Assembly (NCBI RefSeq): GCF_002105155.1
Contig: NW_019028996.1
Location: 248,001-312,000 of the forward strand
Direction of reading: 5' to 3'
Source of the DNA: Lobosporangium transversale
Taxonomy: Eukaryota
Length of the DNA: 64,000 bases
In this document: positions 25,825-37,475 of the stretch, one piece after another
Numbering within the stretch: the stretch's first letter is position 1
How the letters are laid out: the number at the start of each line of letters is the position of its first letter
The notes under the pieces: model-generated
Told to the model about the DNA's origin: nothing
The model's input: the letters and a program-made list of their open reading frames with translations, nothing else
The model's database searches: none
Translations under genes and position numbers: made by a program

Positions 25825-27639
25825 CTAGTTTACAAGGTCTTCGATGTCCACAGATTCCTTCTCCAAGTTGCTACCGTCTACGTGCAGGTTCTCAATCAAA
25901 GAAGCTGTGCTCTTGGCAAGCGTATCATCGTTCATAATGTCTGTTATTCCTTCTTCCTGCTTGATCTCCACCTGCTTATCCCCATTATTTGCGAAATAAT
26001 GACTCTTGGTCGCTACTTGAGTTGCATCCTCTTCTTCCTTTACTTGTACATCACCATCACCAACCTTGCCCTCTTCCACGTTCTGATCCTGAAGATTCGC
26101 TCTCTCAAGCTGTGTATGGACAGCATGGATCTCTACTTCACCAAAGGGCTCTTCCATTTGCATTTTTACTTCTGTTTTGATTCTTTTCTTTGACATCATA
26201 GCAGAAGGACACCGATCTTGGACAGGGCAGATAGGACAAAGTGGCCCACGTGGCAAACAAAGGACTTGTCCGAACCCGACTAGAATATAATTAATCTCAC
26301 GCCAATGTTCTTTAGGTAACCATGACTGCAATGCCTCACGTGTTGCTTCTGGTCCATCCTTCTCAGTCTTGACCCATCCAAGACGGTTAGCAATACGATG
26401 TACATGTGTGTCTACACCAATTCCTAGGTTTCTATTAGTACAAATAAAGGAAAGTAAAATAAAATAAAATAAGCTGAAATATCCTTTTGAGATGACTAGC
26501 TCATTTTTCCTAATACATAGCTCGTAGCGCTCAATTTCTTTACTTATTCCAGGCAACTTGCAATGTCAAGTAGGCCTATTCAATGTGAATAAAACGAACC
26601 CAAGATGACGTGAGTTTAATGAAGTATGAATCTTTTTTTTTTTTTTTTTTTTTTTTTGAAAATCAAAAATCAAAAATCAAGCCTTCTTTACCATTTTTGG
26701 TCCGACTCCCGGCAGTGCTGTTAATCCTTCTGCAGTATCTGGAATGTCGCCATTATATTGATCTCTACAAATCTTAGCTACCTGTTTCATGAAGATTGTC
26801 TTCTTGTTATGGAATCCCACTGCACTGATGATACTGTTGAGTTTTTCTGAAGGGGCATCTAGTACTGCTTGGATCGTCAATCCACCCTTGAGTTCTTTTT
26901 GCAATCGCCGCACTGCAACAGACGTAACTGTGTCCTTGGTTTGTGAAGACAGCAATAATGAAACGAGTGTTTGGAAGCGGCTCACCTAATTCCATTAAAG
27001 TTAAGAAAATATTGCCTTTGAGTTCGTCTATCTAAGACAAACCGCTTTTTTGTCGTATATTTCTTTTTTTTTTTATACCTCTGGAGGAATCGTTTCTCCA
27101 ACTTCGGCCAGACGTTCACATCCCATAGTATCCACAGGGGCAGGGTTTTGTAGACGAAATTCCCGTAATCGATCCAAAGTGATCTCCCATCCTACAGGCT
27201 CTTTAGTAGCATATCTACTCTTTTTCTTTGCACCAGCTCCTAAACTCCTCAATCCTTGAACTTCTTCTTCTTCTTTGATTTGTTCGGAAGCCATAACTCC
27301 ATTCGCTCGTTTTCTGCTGTTGTTAACACTATTAGCATCATTAGCATTGTTTCGTTTTTCAGCTGCAAGAGCTTTACGATGCTCTTCAGCTTCCTGCTTT
27401 AGCCGCTCTAATGTCTCCTCATCAGGCTCTCCGTCCTCATTCTTGATAATCCTTCGTGTGCTACGCAGTGGGGCAGATCTGGTACCGCGCAGACGACTCG
27501 TAGCTTCCGTGGAAGAAGAGGGCTGCGTTGATCCTCCTTTTGTGCCAGAAGTGTTGTTGCTGTTGGTTGCGGTAGTCCCTAGCTGCTGTGCAGCCTTAAT
27601 TTGAGCCTCGCGTAGCCGAGAACTGGATCGTGTAGACAT
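25825..27639 (-). CDS. NTH1: Endonuclease III-like DNA glycosylase/AP lyase (HhH-GPD), 4 exons including a 32-nt exon at 26544-26575
   Basis: [24 protein letters not shown], Hh[10 protein letters not shown] (catalytic Lys), [15 protein letters not shown] (catalytic Asp), 4Fe-4S motif C-x6-C-x2-C-x5-C ([17 protein letters not shown]). Confidence 0.95.
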
Positions 27640-28526
27640 TAATCTGAAGGTCTAAAAGATAGTTTGGATGAAGGGGCACAGCAGTCCTCTCCCCTCTCGT
27701 TTTAATTGTTCTCGGACTTGAACTCTGCTAATGACAAAGACAATGGAAAAAAAAACTGACGTGACAACATTCCTGACCTGATTAATGAGACGAATGTCTG
27801 TCGTTCTAAACACTTAGCAATGATAACAGGTTGGTAGAACTCTTTTGTTGAGAAGAATGAATGAGGGGACGTCGGAATATGCACACAACGGACCATTTTT
27901 AAAACAGTCATGCTATGCAATGTGTGGAACATAACTGGGCTTGATTTCGTCAGTGATACGTTTTTGTTTTGGCAGGCCTATCTAAGGCAATCGTCAGATG
28001 ACTGGTAGGTACATTATAGGTAACTTAATTGATAGTGATAGTAACCATTCTTGCAGGGAGTATTTGTTGTGGATGGCAGGACGAGCGCGCTTTTGAGTTT
28101 TACAAACCCGGTTATGTGTTATTGCGAGTGCAAACCAAGAACGAGTCGTGAAAAAAAAAAAAAAGCGGAGCTTGCTGCATGTCCTTACTATTAACTTCTG
28201 TGGTTGCAAGGTGTTGTCTGCGTGGAGGCTCCACTTTTTTCACCTTGAACACAGATAACGCATCTGTGAATCAGGAGCATGGAGTCAGGAATATGTGAAC
28301 GAACAAATTGATAGTGAACTGATCCATCAGAGTATGCATATAATGTTTGGTTGGTTTCAAACATACTTTGCCAGATCTGTTCAGAATATGTACATTACAT
28401 TAATCAAATGAAATGAACGATGCAAAGTCTTGGAAATAGTGTCTACCACCTTTATTTATTTACATGGTGGAGAAGTAGATCAACGATAAACCACGGTAAA
28501 GAAGAAAAAAAAAATAGCTAGCATGT

Positions 28527-30421
28527 TTATAGACTCGAGTTCTTGCGATGACTTTTCCAGCCCTTATGATCGAGCTCCTTGAAATCTGATGCTTTACTAA
28601 TGTCCACTAGATATCGTGCTAAATGAAACAGCTCTCTGTCTGTATGGCGCGATACCGCCCCATTCTTGAATGCGCTGATCTTTAAGCCCGAACGGGGATT
28701 CATAGCGAAATTACGCGATCTATTGAAGCATATTCATTTTTACAATAGAAGATAGGAAAACACCTTGTCAAAATTACTTTATACCGTCATGTTCCATTGT
28801 TAAATCAAACCAGATCTTTAAATGGTCTCATGCACAGTTCAACTTTACAGATCATCAATGTGGATGGTATTGCGTGCAGAATACTGCGGGAACTTTGTCC
28901 AGATAATATCAAGAGCCTTGACCTGATGCCTAAATGGTTTTCCGTCCCGTTGACTGAGTACTGAAAACATAGTAGAGATGTCCATCACAAATGAGATCTT
29001 GTAGTCGGGATGTGTCAACAGTCCAATGGTTGTCACTTTTGCCTCTAACGCTCTCCACGATGTCTGAGACCAGATCACAATATCATAGTGCTCATAACAG
29101 ACTGCCAAAAAGTCGTGTAAGCCTGGTCGCATAACCTCCACAAGTGAGTTGTTGAGTGCTTTACAATCAATCAGTGTATAATCAAGATCCAATACAAGCA
29201 ATTTCTTTCCTGGGCGCAGCTCATTCATGATATTGATTTTGCACTACATGAAACATAGCATTGTATATAAAAAAAGTCAGATATTGTTGACAGAAACATC
29301 TTGCACTCCATAAATGAAAATTAAAATATTTTTATCTACCTTGGAAATAGTGCTCTTGAGACTTTTCTGGTTTTGAGCCATACTAGCAAATGCCTCGTCG
29401 TCTGGGGTATAATCTTCATCCAAGTCATTGAGTACATCCGGCATTACCTCGGGGGCTTTGATCACTTTTGCCTCAGGTGTTCCTGTGACACGATAAAAAA
29501 AAAAGATTGCCAGACTGAGCAAGAACAAGGGAAATACCAGCACGAGACCAATCACTGCATGTTTGTATTTATATGAAATACCTACCCATCATCAGGAATG
29601 TTTGGTTATTTTTCAGTGCTAAAGTAGATAGCACCACATGGTCTTCCTACAATTAATAGGATAAGAATTGATCATTATAAGGTGGCCAAAGTAAATAAAA
29701 AAATAAATAAAAAGCTCCGTTTTTAATCTTAATCCACTTGAAACTTACAGGAAACTTTCCTCTAACTAGCATAAGTTTCTGTCTCTTTGGTTCCACATTG
29801 GTTAGCTCCATCTAGAAAAAAAAAATTAAAAAGGCGAGGTGAGACCAGGGGGAAATGCACACTATTATTTCAGGAGTCAAGATTTTATTTCTCTTCTTTT
29901 CCCCTATGTATATAAATTACATATTAACATACCAACTTATTCTTGAGTTCGCCAATAGTGTAATCGAGGTCTACCTCAAAAGGAAGCTTCTTGCCATTCC
30001 TAATATATTAGACAAAAAATTTAACAGATAAAATTCAAGAGTATGTTTAATCGTATATGCTTTCATCTTCATAAAGAAAAAGACTTTAGAAATTTCAGAA
30101 ATTTACCATTGAGCAGTCAAAGAAATGACTCTTTTGTTGTTTCCATTTAGCTCGTCTGCATCCAGAGCAGAAAACACACTCTCCTTGGAAATTGATGGTA
30201 CTAATTCTTCTAGACCCGTGTGTGACAAAGGCTGGTCACTGGAGTCGTCTACACTTTGATCTGTATTGAAAAATCGCTTCACTTGATCAGGAGACATGGT
30301 AGTGGCGATAGTGGTAACTGTGCTCTCTTCAAAAGGAGCAGGGCTTTGAGCCTCACTCTTAGATGCAGAGTTATGGACAAGAGCAGTAGCATTTGGACTT
30401 GTATCTGAATTGGATATCATG
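28527..30421 (-). CDS. UBLCP1: Ubiquitin-like domain-containing CTD phosphatase 1 (HAD family), about 7 exons
   Basis: UBL region (VEPKRQKLM, FLMMGTPE), HAD motif KKLLVLDLDYTL, MRPGLHDFL, IVIWSQTS, NTIHIDDL|SRNFAMNPRSGLKI. Confidence 0.9.
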
Positions 30422-30992
30422 GTGGGACTGGTTAACAGATGATTAAGCTCAAGAACAAGGCAGTTACTATGGAAAAGACAATGCAACAACGAGAAAGAAG
30501 AGAAGGGAGAGGAAGAGAGGCCTAATGAATGTAATTGTGTGAAAAGAATGTTTTTGGGGATGGAAAGAAATGCGAAATGCAAAATGAAGAATGGACTAAG
30601 CCTATTTTCCTCCACTTGTCTGTGGTGTGGAGGCGATCACATGTATCCAAGGCTGCATGTCTAAACTCGAGACGCGTTATTGGCTGCGATCCTGGTTAAA
30701 AGCATCCCACGCACGCACACTTTGCTTCAATGAAGAAGCCTGTCTGGTCGTCATCGCTAATGAGTAAGATGCTTTTATCACAGAACAACATGACATATCT
30801 TGGGAATTGATCAACATATTGGATAAAACAAAATTATATTGTAAAAAAGTTCACTATAGTACAATTCTCCTGTCGTTTCATTTTACGACATTCGCGAATA
30901 TATTAAAGTCTATTTCCATGCCATCGGAATCAAAGAAGCGTTCGTCAACTTCTCTGCTTCTTTGCCTCTTTGCTTGTAGAATGCCCCAAGCT

Positions 30993-31945
30993 TCATGATC
31001 CCTTCAATTTGCGTTCCAGTTCCAAGAATGCCTTCATGCCTGGATCAATGTCATCTTCAGCATTCTTTGAATTTCCATCACCATCATTTGAACCGTGGGC
31101 TGAAGCGCTGGGTGGCGGCGGAAGACCTGCTTTTGAGATGTCCTCAAGGACTTTCGCAAGCTCACGTTTGTATTCTTGTCGCTCTTCTTCATAAATGTCA
31201 TAGATGCAATGCGCACAACCACTGGTAATGAAAATCATAGGACAGTAAAACAGTAGAACATTAGAACAGTTTAACCTGTTAAGATGGGGTAAAAGTAATG
31301 GCAAAACTCTTTTCGGACTTCTTTTTTAGATCAAGTTCTCCGCAGCCACACAACTTTTGTTGCCGACAAACAGAATTGACAGACACCTTACCTCATACAA
31401 CAATCCTCAGCACCAGGTGGTGTTGGCTTGACCGGTATTTTGAATCCATGGTACATTGTTGACTCGCTCGTTGGCTTGGACAAGCTGGAGACTGATCCCG
31501 TTGCAAATGTAGCAGATCCGGTAGGGACAGCAGTAGGAAGAGTATTTTCTATTTTCTTTGAAGCTGTAGGCAACGTATTGCTGTATCTCTTTTTTACTTC
31601 ACTCTCGGTCGGCTGCGCTGGCGAGGGTGCTGTTAATGGCTGGCCTTTAAAGACATGATCTGTCGAGAGTATCAGAGTTGGATCGGGAAGAGATTGCGGA
31701 GGTGTACGGCGGTTCATGATCTCTGTCCACCACCCACTATAGTTGGGCTTACGCTCCCTTATTGCGTTCCGCCGAGTCTCTAAAATATCATTTTGAGAAT
31801 ATGAGCCAGAGACTGAATCTTTGTCTCTGACATATGAAGTTGTATGTATAAAAAAATGGAATGAGCATGGAAACTGCTGTCTTTTTTGAAATGAAAGGAG
31901 ACGAGTCCATGTTCTTCCGTTGTAAATTCGTAATGAGGATGCCAT
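30993..31945 (-). CDS. Oxidoreductase-like domain-containing protein (OXLD1/UPF0651-like), probably mitochondrial, 2 exons
   Basis: PTPPGAEDCCM|SGCAHCIYDIYEEE motif across an intron (about 31223-31391); C-terminal DPGMKAFLELERKL; basic, Ser-rich N-terminus. Confidence 0.8.
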
Positions 31946-32371
31946 GAGCAATGTATTAGATAGGATCTAAATGTATAATGAAGAATAGCCAATGTGAAAT
32001 CCGTGCTAGCTACTGTCTTTGGGAATCGCCATTGAAATGACTTGTGGATTAATAGAGTGAAAGAAAAGAACGCTGCATCGATAATTTTCAAAGAGCTAAG
32101 CATTTCATTTATCAATTCGCGTTATCTGATTTGCTGCGTGATTTAATACAGGTACCGAATGCAGCCGTGCAACCGTTGATTCCAATTTTGAAATTGAGCC
32201 TCGCACGGCGACCCGAAGCATAACGCCCAAGATGATGTGAAAGATCTACGTAATTCTTAATCGACGATCGAAGGCGTTTGGAATGGATTGTAGGAAAAGA
32301 TTGAAATAAAGCATTTTTATTCCAAGATAAAAAGAAGAAACAACCATTTACACACTTCATATCATTGGCCT

Positions 32372-33358
32372 TTAAGCCGCAGTCTTTTCTTGCTCAGTAT
32401 AGGGAGGTGGGGGTCCTTCCGAATCCTCCGCTGCAGACTTTACAGCAACAGTGGTGTCCTTTTTGGCCTTCACGGCCTTGTTCTGTTCCTTACGTTGTTC
32501 ACGAAGGGCTTGCTTACGAGTCTCCTCCTCTCTCCTGATGGCGAGCTCCTTCTGAAGTTGCTTAGTCTTTTCATGCATAACCTGTTGTTATGTCGATAGA
32601 AGTCGACCAACCAAACAAAAAAAAATTAGTTTCATTTTCATCCAAGATTGTCATTTTTCCCTTCCTAATGACTGAAGTGTCAACATAAATCCTTGATCCT
32701 GCTACAATTAGCTACTTAGCATTACCATCTCACTAGCAGTCTGAAGAATAGTTTGACCCCAACCCTCCTTGAACGTATTGGCCTCCTCGATCAAAGCCAT
32801 AATCTCAGCTTCGAGTTCCTTCTCTGAAAGAGCAAACTGGGTCCAAATATCATCACCCAAGGTTCCTTGCTTGACCAAGTTGGCGAGAACTTGCTTGTCC
32901 TCACGCATCGATAAGACACGGTTAACATCCTCCATAGCACGGCGTAACAATGCTGCAACCAATTGGGTTTCTGTCGCTTCAGGTTCTTCCTGTTGAAGGA
33001 GTGCAATGTACTGGTTACGCGCTACATGCTCACCAAACCAAGGCTCAGCATCGTTGATGGCTATGTTTTAAGAGATGGAGGAAACTCTAGTCAATTGGTG
33101 CTAATCATTAAACAATGAAAAACAATGTTCTATCTCTAGATAATCCTTTGAGTAAGAAGTAAAATTTATGTCGATTCTACTGCCTCAAGGAAAAAAATAA
33201 AAATAAAAAAAAGGTGCAAATGTTGAAAGATGTCTAGTCCATTATTGCCAGCCTCATTTCAACTCACCTAACTTCCTGTTCTTCCAGAAGAAACCAAAGA
33301 TCCTCATGGAGAGGATCCAGCCTCCAATATAAATGACTGCGAGCCAGACTGATCCCAT
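32372..33358 (-). CDS. SEC66: Sec62/63 complex subunit Sec66 (Sec71), 3 exons
   Basis: N-terminal TM MGSVWLAVIYIGGWILSMRIFGFFW; PWFGEHVARNQY; AALLRRAMEDV; GTLGDDIW; EANTFKEGWGQTILQTASEM. Confidence 0.88.
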
Positions 33359-33633
33359 CCTGTTAGTAGTTATTTATATAGATGTAGGAAGTTTGTTAGA
33401 TGCGTTGCTAATCAGAGGGAGAGAGAGGGAGATGTGATTAAGGATGGTTGAAAGGATCAAAATGTTAAGAAAGGAGGATGGGCCCTGGCTCTGTTCTCGT
33501 TTTTTTTATTTTTATTTTTTAATAGCTTCTTTAATTGTGCATTGTCGACTGTTGATTGGCTATAAGCTTCACTTTTTTTTTTGGCTGGCTGGTTGGCATG
33601 GGACTGTATTCTGATATTGACTAATTTGATATT

Positions 33634-34822
33634 CTAAAGCTCGCCCCACTTCATACGTTGTCCGGTTTGAGAACTCTTGATCGCAAGCTGGATGCCGTGG
33701 ATAACCCAAGCTGCCTGCTCGGCTGTCACACTAAGTGGCTCGAGACCCTGGATTGCCCGACTAATATTGGCATAATAAGCACCATACGAACCCTGCTCAC
33801 TATCAATCTTACCCTTCACATGGAGTTGGGTTCCTTCAACCACCAGTAGTGTATCGATATCGCCCCAACAGCTCTCTTTCTCAATACCGTAAGCATTATC
33901 CTTGGGTGTTAATCCCTCTTTTAGTTGATTTTCCTGGACATCCAATCCATATTTCACATATGAACCATTCATTCCAGTCAGACGGAAGCGAGGCGTGGGA
34001 ATTCTAGCCAACATTGCTGCGCCAAGGGTACATCGCAATCCATCTTTGTAATCAAGATGCACTAGGAATTGATCGTCTACCTGGGAAGTCTCGAGCTGGC
34101 GTTGGTTCGACACATGTGCTGTCACATACTCGGGTGTTCCAAAGAGAACCAATGTCTGATCCAGCAGATGCGAGCACAAGTCATAGAGCACACCACTTCC
34201 TTCCTCAACACGACCAGTCTCTCTCCAGCCATTCTTACTAAAATTTCGGAACCGATCAAAGCGCGACTCAAAGCTGACAATCCTGCCCAAGGTGGATTTT
34301 TGAGAGTGGACCAACTTTTGGACAGTTAAAAAATCTGCGTCCCAGCGACGGTTCTGGAAGACAGAAAGAACACGTGAGTGCTGCTTGGCCAGCTTCGCGA
34401 GCAACATGCCCTCTTCAAATGTGATCGTGAAGGGCTTTTCGACAACGACGTGCTTGCCAGCCTCAATCGCCTCTCGTGCAAGGTCAAAATGCAAAACATT
34501 GGGAGTGGTAATAACTACGAGGTCGATATTAGGATCCTGCAACAGCTGCTGGTGCGATTGGTAGACAGATGCGTTGGGATATTTGGAGGAGAGAATATGA
34601 TTTTGTCCTCTACGATTAACAAAGGCCGCAAGGTTTAGGCCAGGAGTAGTGGAGATCAGAGGAGCATGGAAGACTAGCATGTAAGGTATACGAATATAAA
34701 ATGAAGAATGAATATTAGAATTCTTTGTGCCAAACCGCCCGACGTTTAATATTTTGTTTATTACCTTGGGCACTCATGCCAAAGCCAATGACACCGACAT
34801 TGATGGGCGAGGGGGTCGACAT
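33634..34822 (-). CDS. Gfo/Idh/MocA NAD(P)-dependent oxidoreductase (YdgJ/IolW-like), 2 exons (intron approx. 34674-34763)
   Basis: Rossmann VGVIGFGMSAQ|VFHAPLI, GKHVVVEKPF, VFQNRRWDADFLT, GVLYDLCSHLLDQ, KYGLDVQENQL. Confidence 0.9.
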
Positions 34823-35631
34823 TATGTTGGATGAGATTGTGTTTTATGAAGACAAGGCGATTTTTTAAGACCTTTAAATAGATAATAACTATGTACATAC
34901 AATACTATGTTATGAGGAAGCACATTGTCATAATCGTCTCATCATAATTGCTCCCGCAATCTAGTAACATTTAAAGATAAGCGGCCGTGGAAAAAAAAAA
35001 ATTTGTCAAAACACCAGAACTGGCGCCTGGGATTTGTCAGCGTATCGATTCATTGTCATTGTTTCTTCTGCACTGTATTTTACTGGCCATGCAAATCGAA
35101 CAACGACCCTTTTGAGACATCGCATAATGTTCTTGAATGGCCACAATAAACCAGATTCTGGTTGTACATTGGCACCTTGAAAAAAATCATCAAATCAAGT
35201 GACAGATGGATGAACTTTTGGTCATTGGCGCATGAATATGTTCAATATCAAACTTGTTTTAAACACTAGGTACCTGGATGATGGACTCAAGATCGCAGCT
35301 CAACTATGATATTGGACGTATTGATCAAGTCAGGATGAGCAACGACAAAGCCTGCTTTCCTGGCAGCAGTATGCTCGTGGCAATCGACGACGGGACGATA
35401 TTGCGCAGTCGTGCTCTGGTCCGATAATAACTGGATTGGCTATCAATTTTTTTTTTTTTTTTTTCCAGAGTTCATGTACACCATTTGGTTTTGCCGGCTG
35501 TTGAACATGATTCCGACTCCAATATCTTGATACACCTTCTCATTTCAGCTTTAATCCTTTATTCATTAATTCATTCACTTGCGTCCTGCCTACTTTCCTT
35601 TTTTTATTTCCCATAATCAGTGGATTCTGCA

Positions 35632-36669
35632 ATGCTGCTACATCATGCGCGTGAACAACGCGTCTTCAGTAAACGCAGGAACGTTGCCATTATGATTGGA
35701 TTGACATTACTCTTCTGTGCATCGCTCGCATGGGCATCCTCTGGTGATCGGCAGCCCCAGTACATTAACTGTGTCGATAAATGCAACAAAGAAATTTGTC
35801 AGCGATCCGATCTAACTGGACTTACGTCGGAACAACTTCAGGAACACGATCTGACCCTGCCACTGCGACTGCTTCACTGGACATGCTTTGACAATTGCCG
35901 TTATCGATGCATGCAATCGATCACCGAGATGGCACTTCAAGAAAAGCAAACTGTACACCAATACCACGGCAAATGGCCCTTTTACCGCTTCTTAGGCATG
36001 CAGGAACCCGCATCGGTGTTGTTCAGTTTATTGAATGGGTACATGCATGTGCTCGCATGGTCCAAGCTTAAGCGTGTCATTCCCGAGGACTACTATATGC
36101 GTCCGTACTATTTGGGCTATGCAATTATGGGTATTAACACATGGGTGTGGTCAGCGATCTATCATTCACGCGACTGGCCCAGCACTGAGAAACTTGACTA
36201 CTTTTCAGCAGGAGCAGCTATCATGTATGGACTCTTTTACACAATCATTAGAATCACACGTATGGTACAAGTCAAATCGCAGCTGATGTGGGGGCTGATG
36301 TGTTTGATCCCTTTGGTGTTGCACATCTCGTACTTGACCTTTGTCCGGTTTGACTATGGATACAACATGGCAGCAACAGCAACAGTAGGAGCCGTACATA
36401 ATTTGTGCTGGATCGGCTGGAGCATCGCCAATTGGCGTGAGCGTCCTTATGCATGGGAGCCAACAGTGACAGGCATATTGCTGACATTGGCAATGTCCCT
36501 GGAGGTTCTTGATTTTGCACCATTGTGGGGTATTTTGGACGCCCATTCGTTGTGGCATGCAGCGACTATTCCGTTAATACCGATCTGGTACCGGTTCTTG
36601 CTCAGAGATACAGAATGGGAAGTGCGTAACAAGAAAGGAGTGCTGCATAGATCTTCTCGCCTTGACTAG
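35632..36669 (+). CDS. PER1: GPI remodelling phospholipase Per1/PGAP3 (CREST family), single exon
   Basis: ASSGDR..Y..CV, WTC.DNCRY.CM, QYHGKWPFYRFLGMQEPASVLFS, HSRD..TEKLDYF, DAHSLWH. Confidence 0.95.
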   Translation: MLLHHAREQRVFSKRRNVAIMIGLTLLFCASLAWASSGDRQPQYINCVDKCNKEICQRSDLTGLTSEQLQEHDLTLPLRLLHWTCFDNCRYRCMQSITEMALQEKQTVHQYHGKWPFYRFLGMQEPASVLFSLLNGYMHVLAWSKLKRVIPEDYYMRPYYLGYAIMGINTWVWSAIYHSRDWPSTEKLDYFSAGAAIMYGLFYTIIRITRMVQVKSQLMWGLMCLIPLVLHISYLTFVRFDYGYNMAATATVGAVHNLCWIGWSIANWRERPYAWEPTVTGILLTLAMSLEVLDFAPLWGILDAHSLWHAATIPLIPIWYRFLLRDTEWEVRNKKGVLHRSSRLD

Positions 36670-37475
36670 ATACCTATGGAGGCGATTTGAACATGACAAA
36701 AGACCATTGTCATAGGTGGCTAATAAAGAAAGAAATACAAGGTATAAATATTAAATATAAATATATATGTATATATGTATAGATGTATATATATATAGGA
36801 ATTACAGAAATTACGCGTAATTTTTTTTTTTTATTCTGTGTGTGGATAAATTAGGTGTAAGTTGTGTGGGAAGTAAAAAATTACAAGAATAATAATAATA
36901 ATAAATAATTGGATTCCACCGAATGTGGACAGAGAGGGTGGGATTCTTGAGGTATCTTTCCTTTTGTGGGTCGGATCTTGATGAGCGGTACATAAAATGC
37001 AGTGCCCTTTGCTCTCTTTTTTTTCATCTCTGCATGGATAGATGCCTCTTTCCCACTCCACATTGACAGACCGAAAGAGAGAGAGTTGGAAGCAAAGGTT
37101 TTTTCCCTTGGCTTGGACAGACTAGTACAGACACGGATACAACAGATCTTGAATGAAAATCGCCATTGGTGCACAGAGAGATGCATTGTGCTTTGCATTT
37201 AAATACAATGCCCGTGACTAGTGATTAGTTGAATGTCTTTTTGTTTCTCTTTTCTTTTTTTTCTGTCTCTCTTTCCCTTTTACTTATTTCTTATTTCTTA
37301 TTTCTTATTACCATTTTACTCCTCTTTTACTGTTTCTACCCGTCACTGCCCCTCTCTCCTTCGTATCTCCTCTCCTCTGCTTTCTTCGCCTACTGCTCTC
37401 CTGTCCCTGTCTGTTTAAACTCCCTCCATCGCCTCTACGTTCATCGACCCCGCCCTTTTTTGGCTTTGACCTCCC

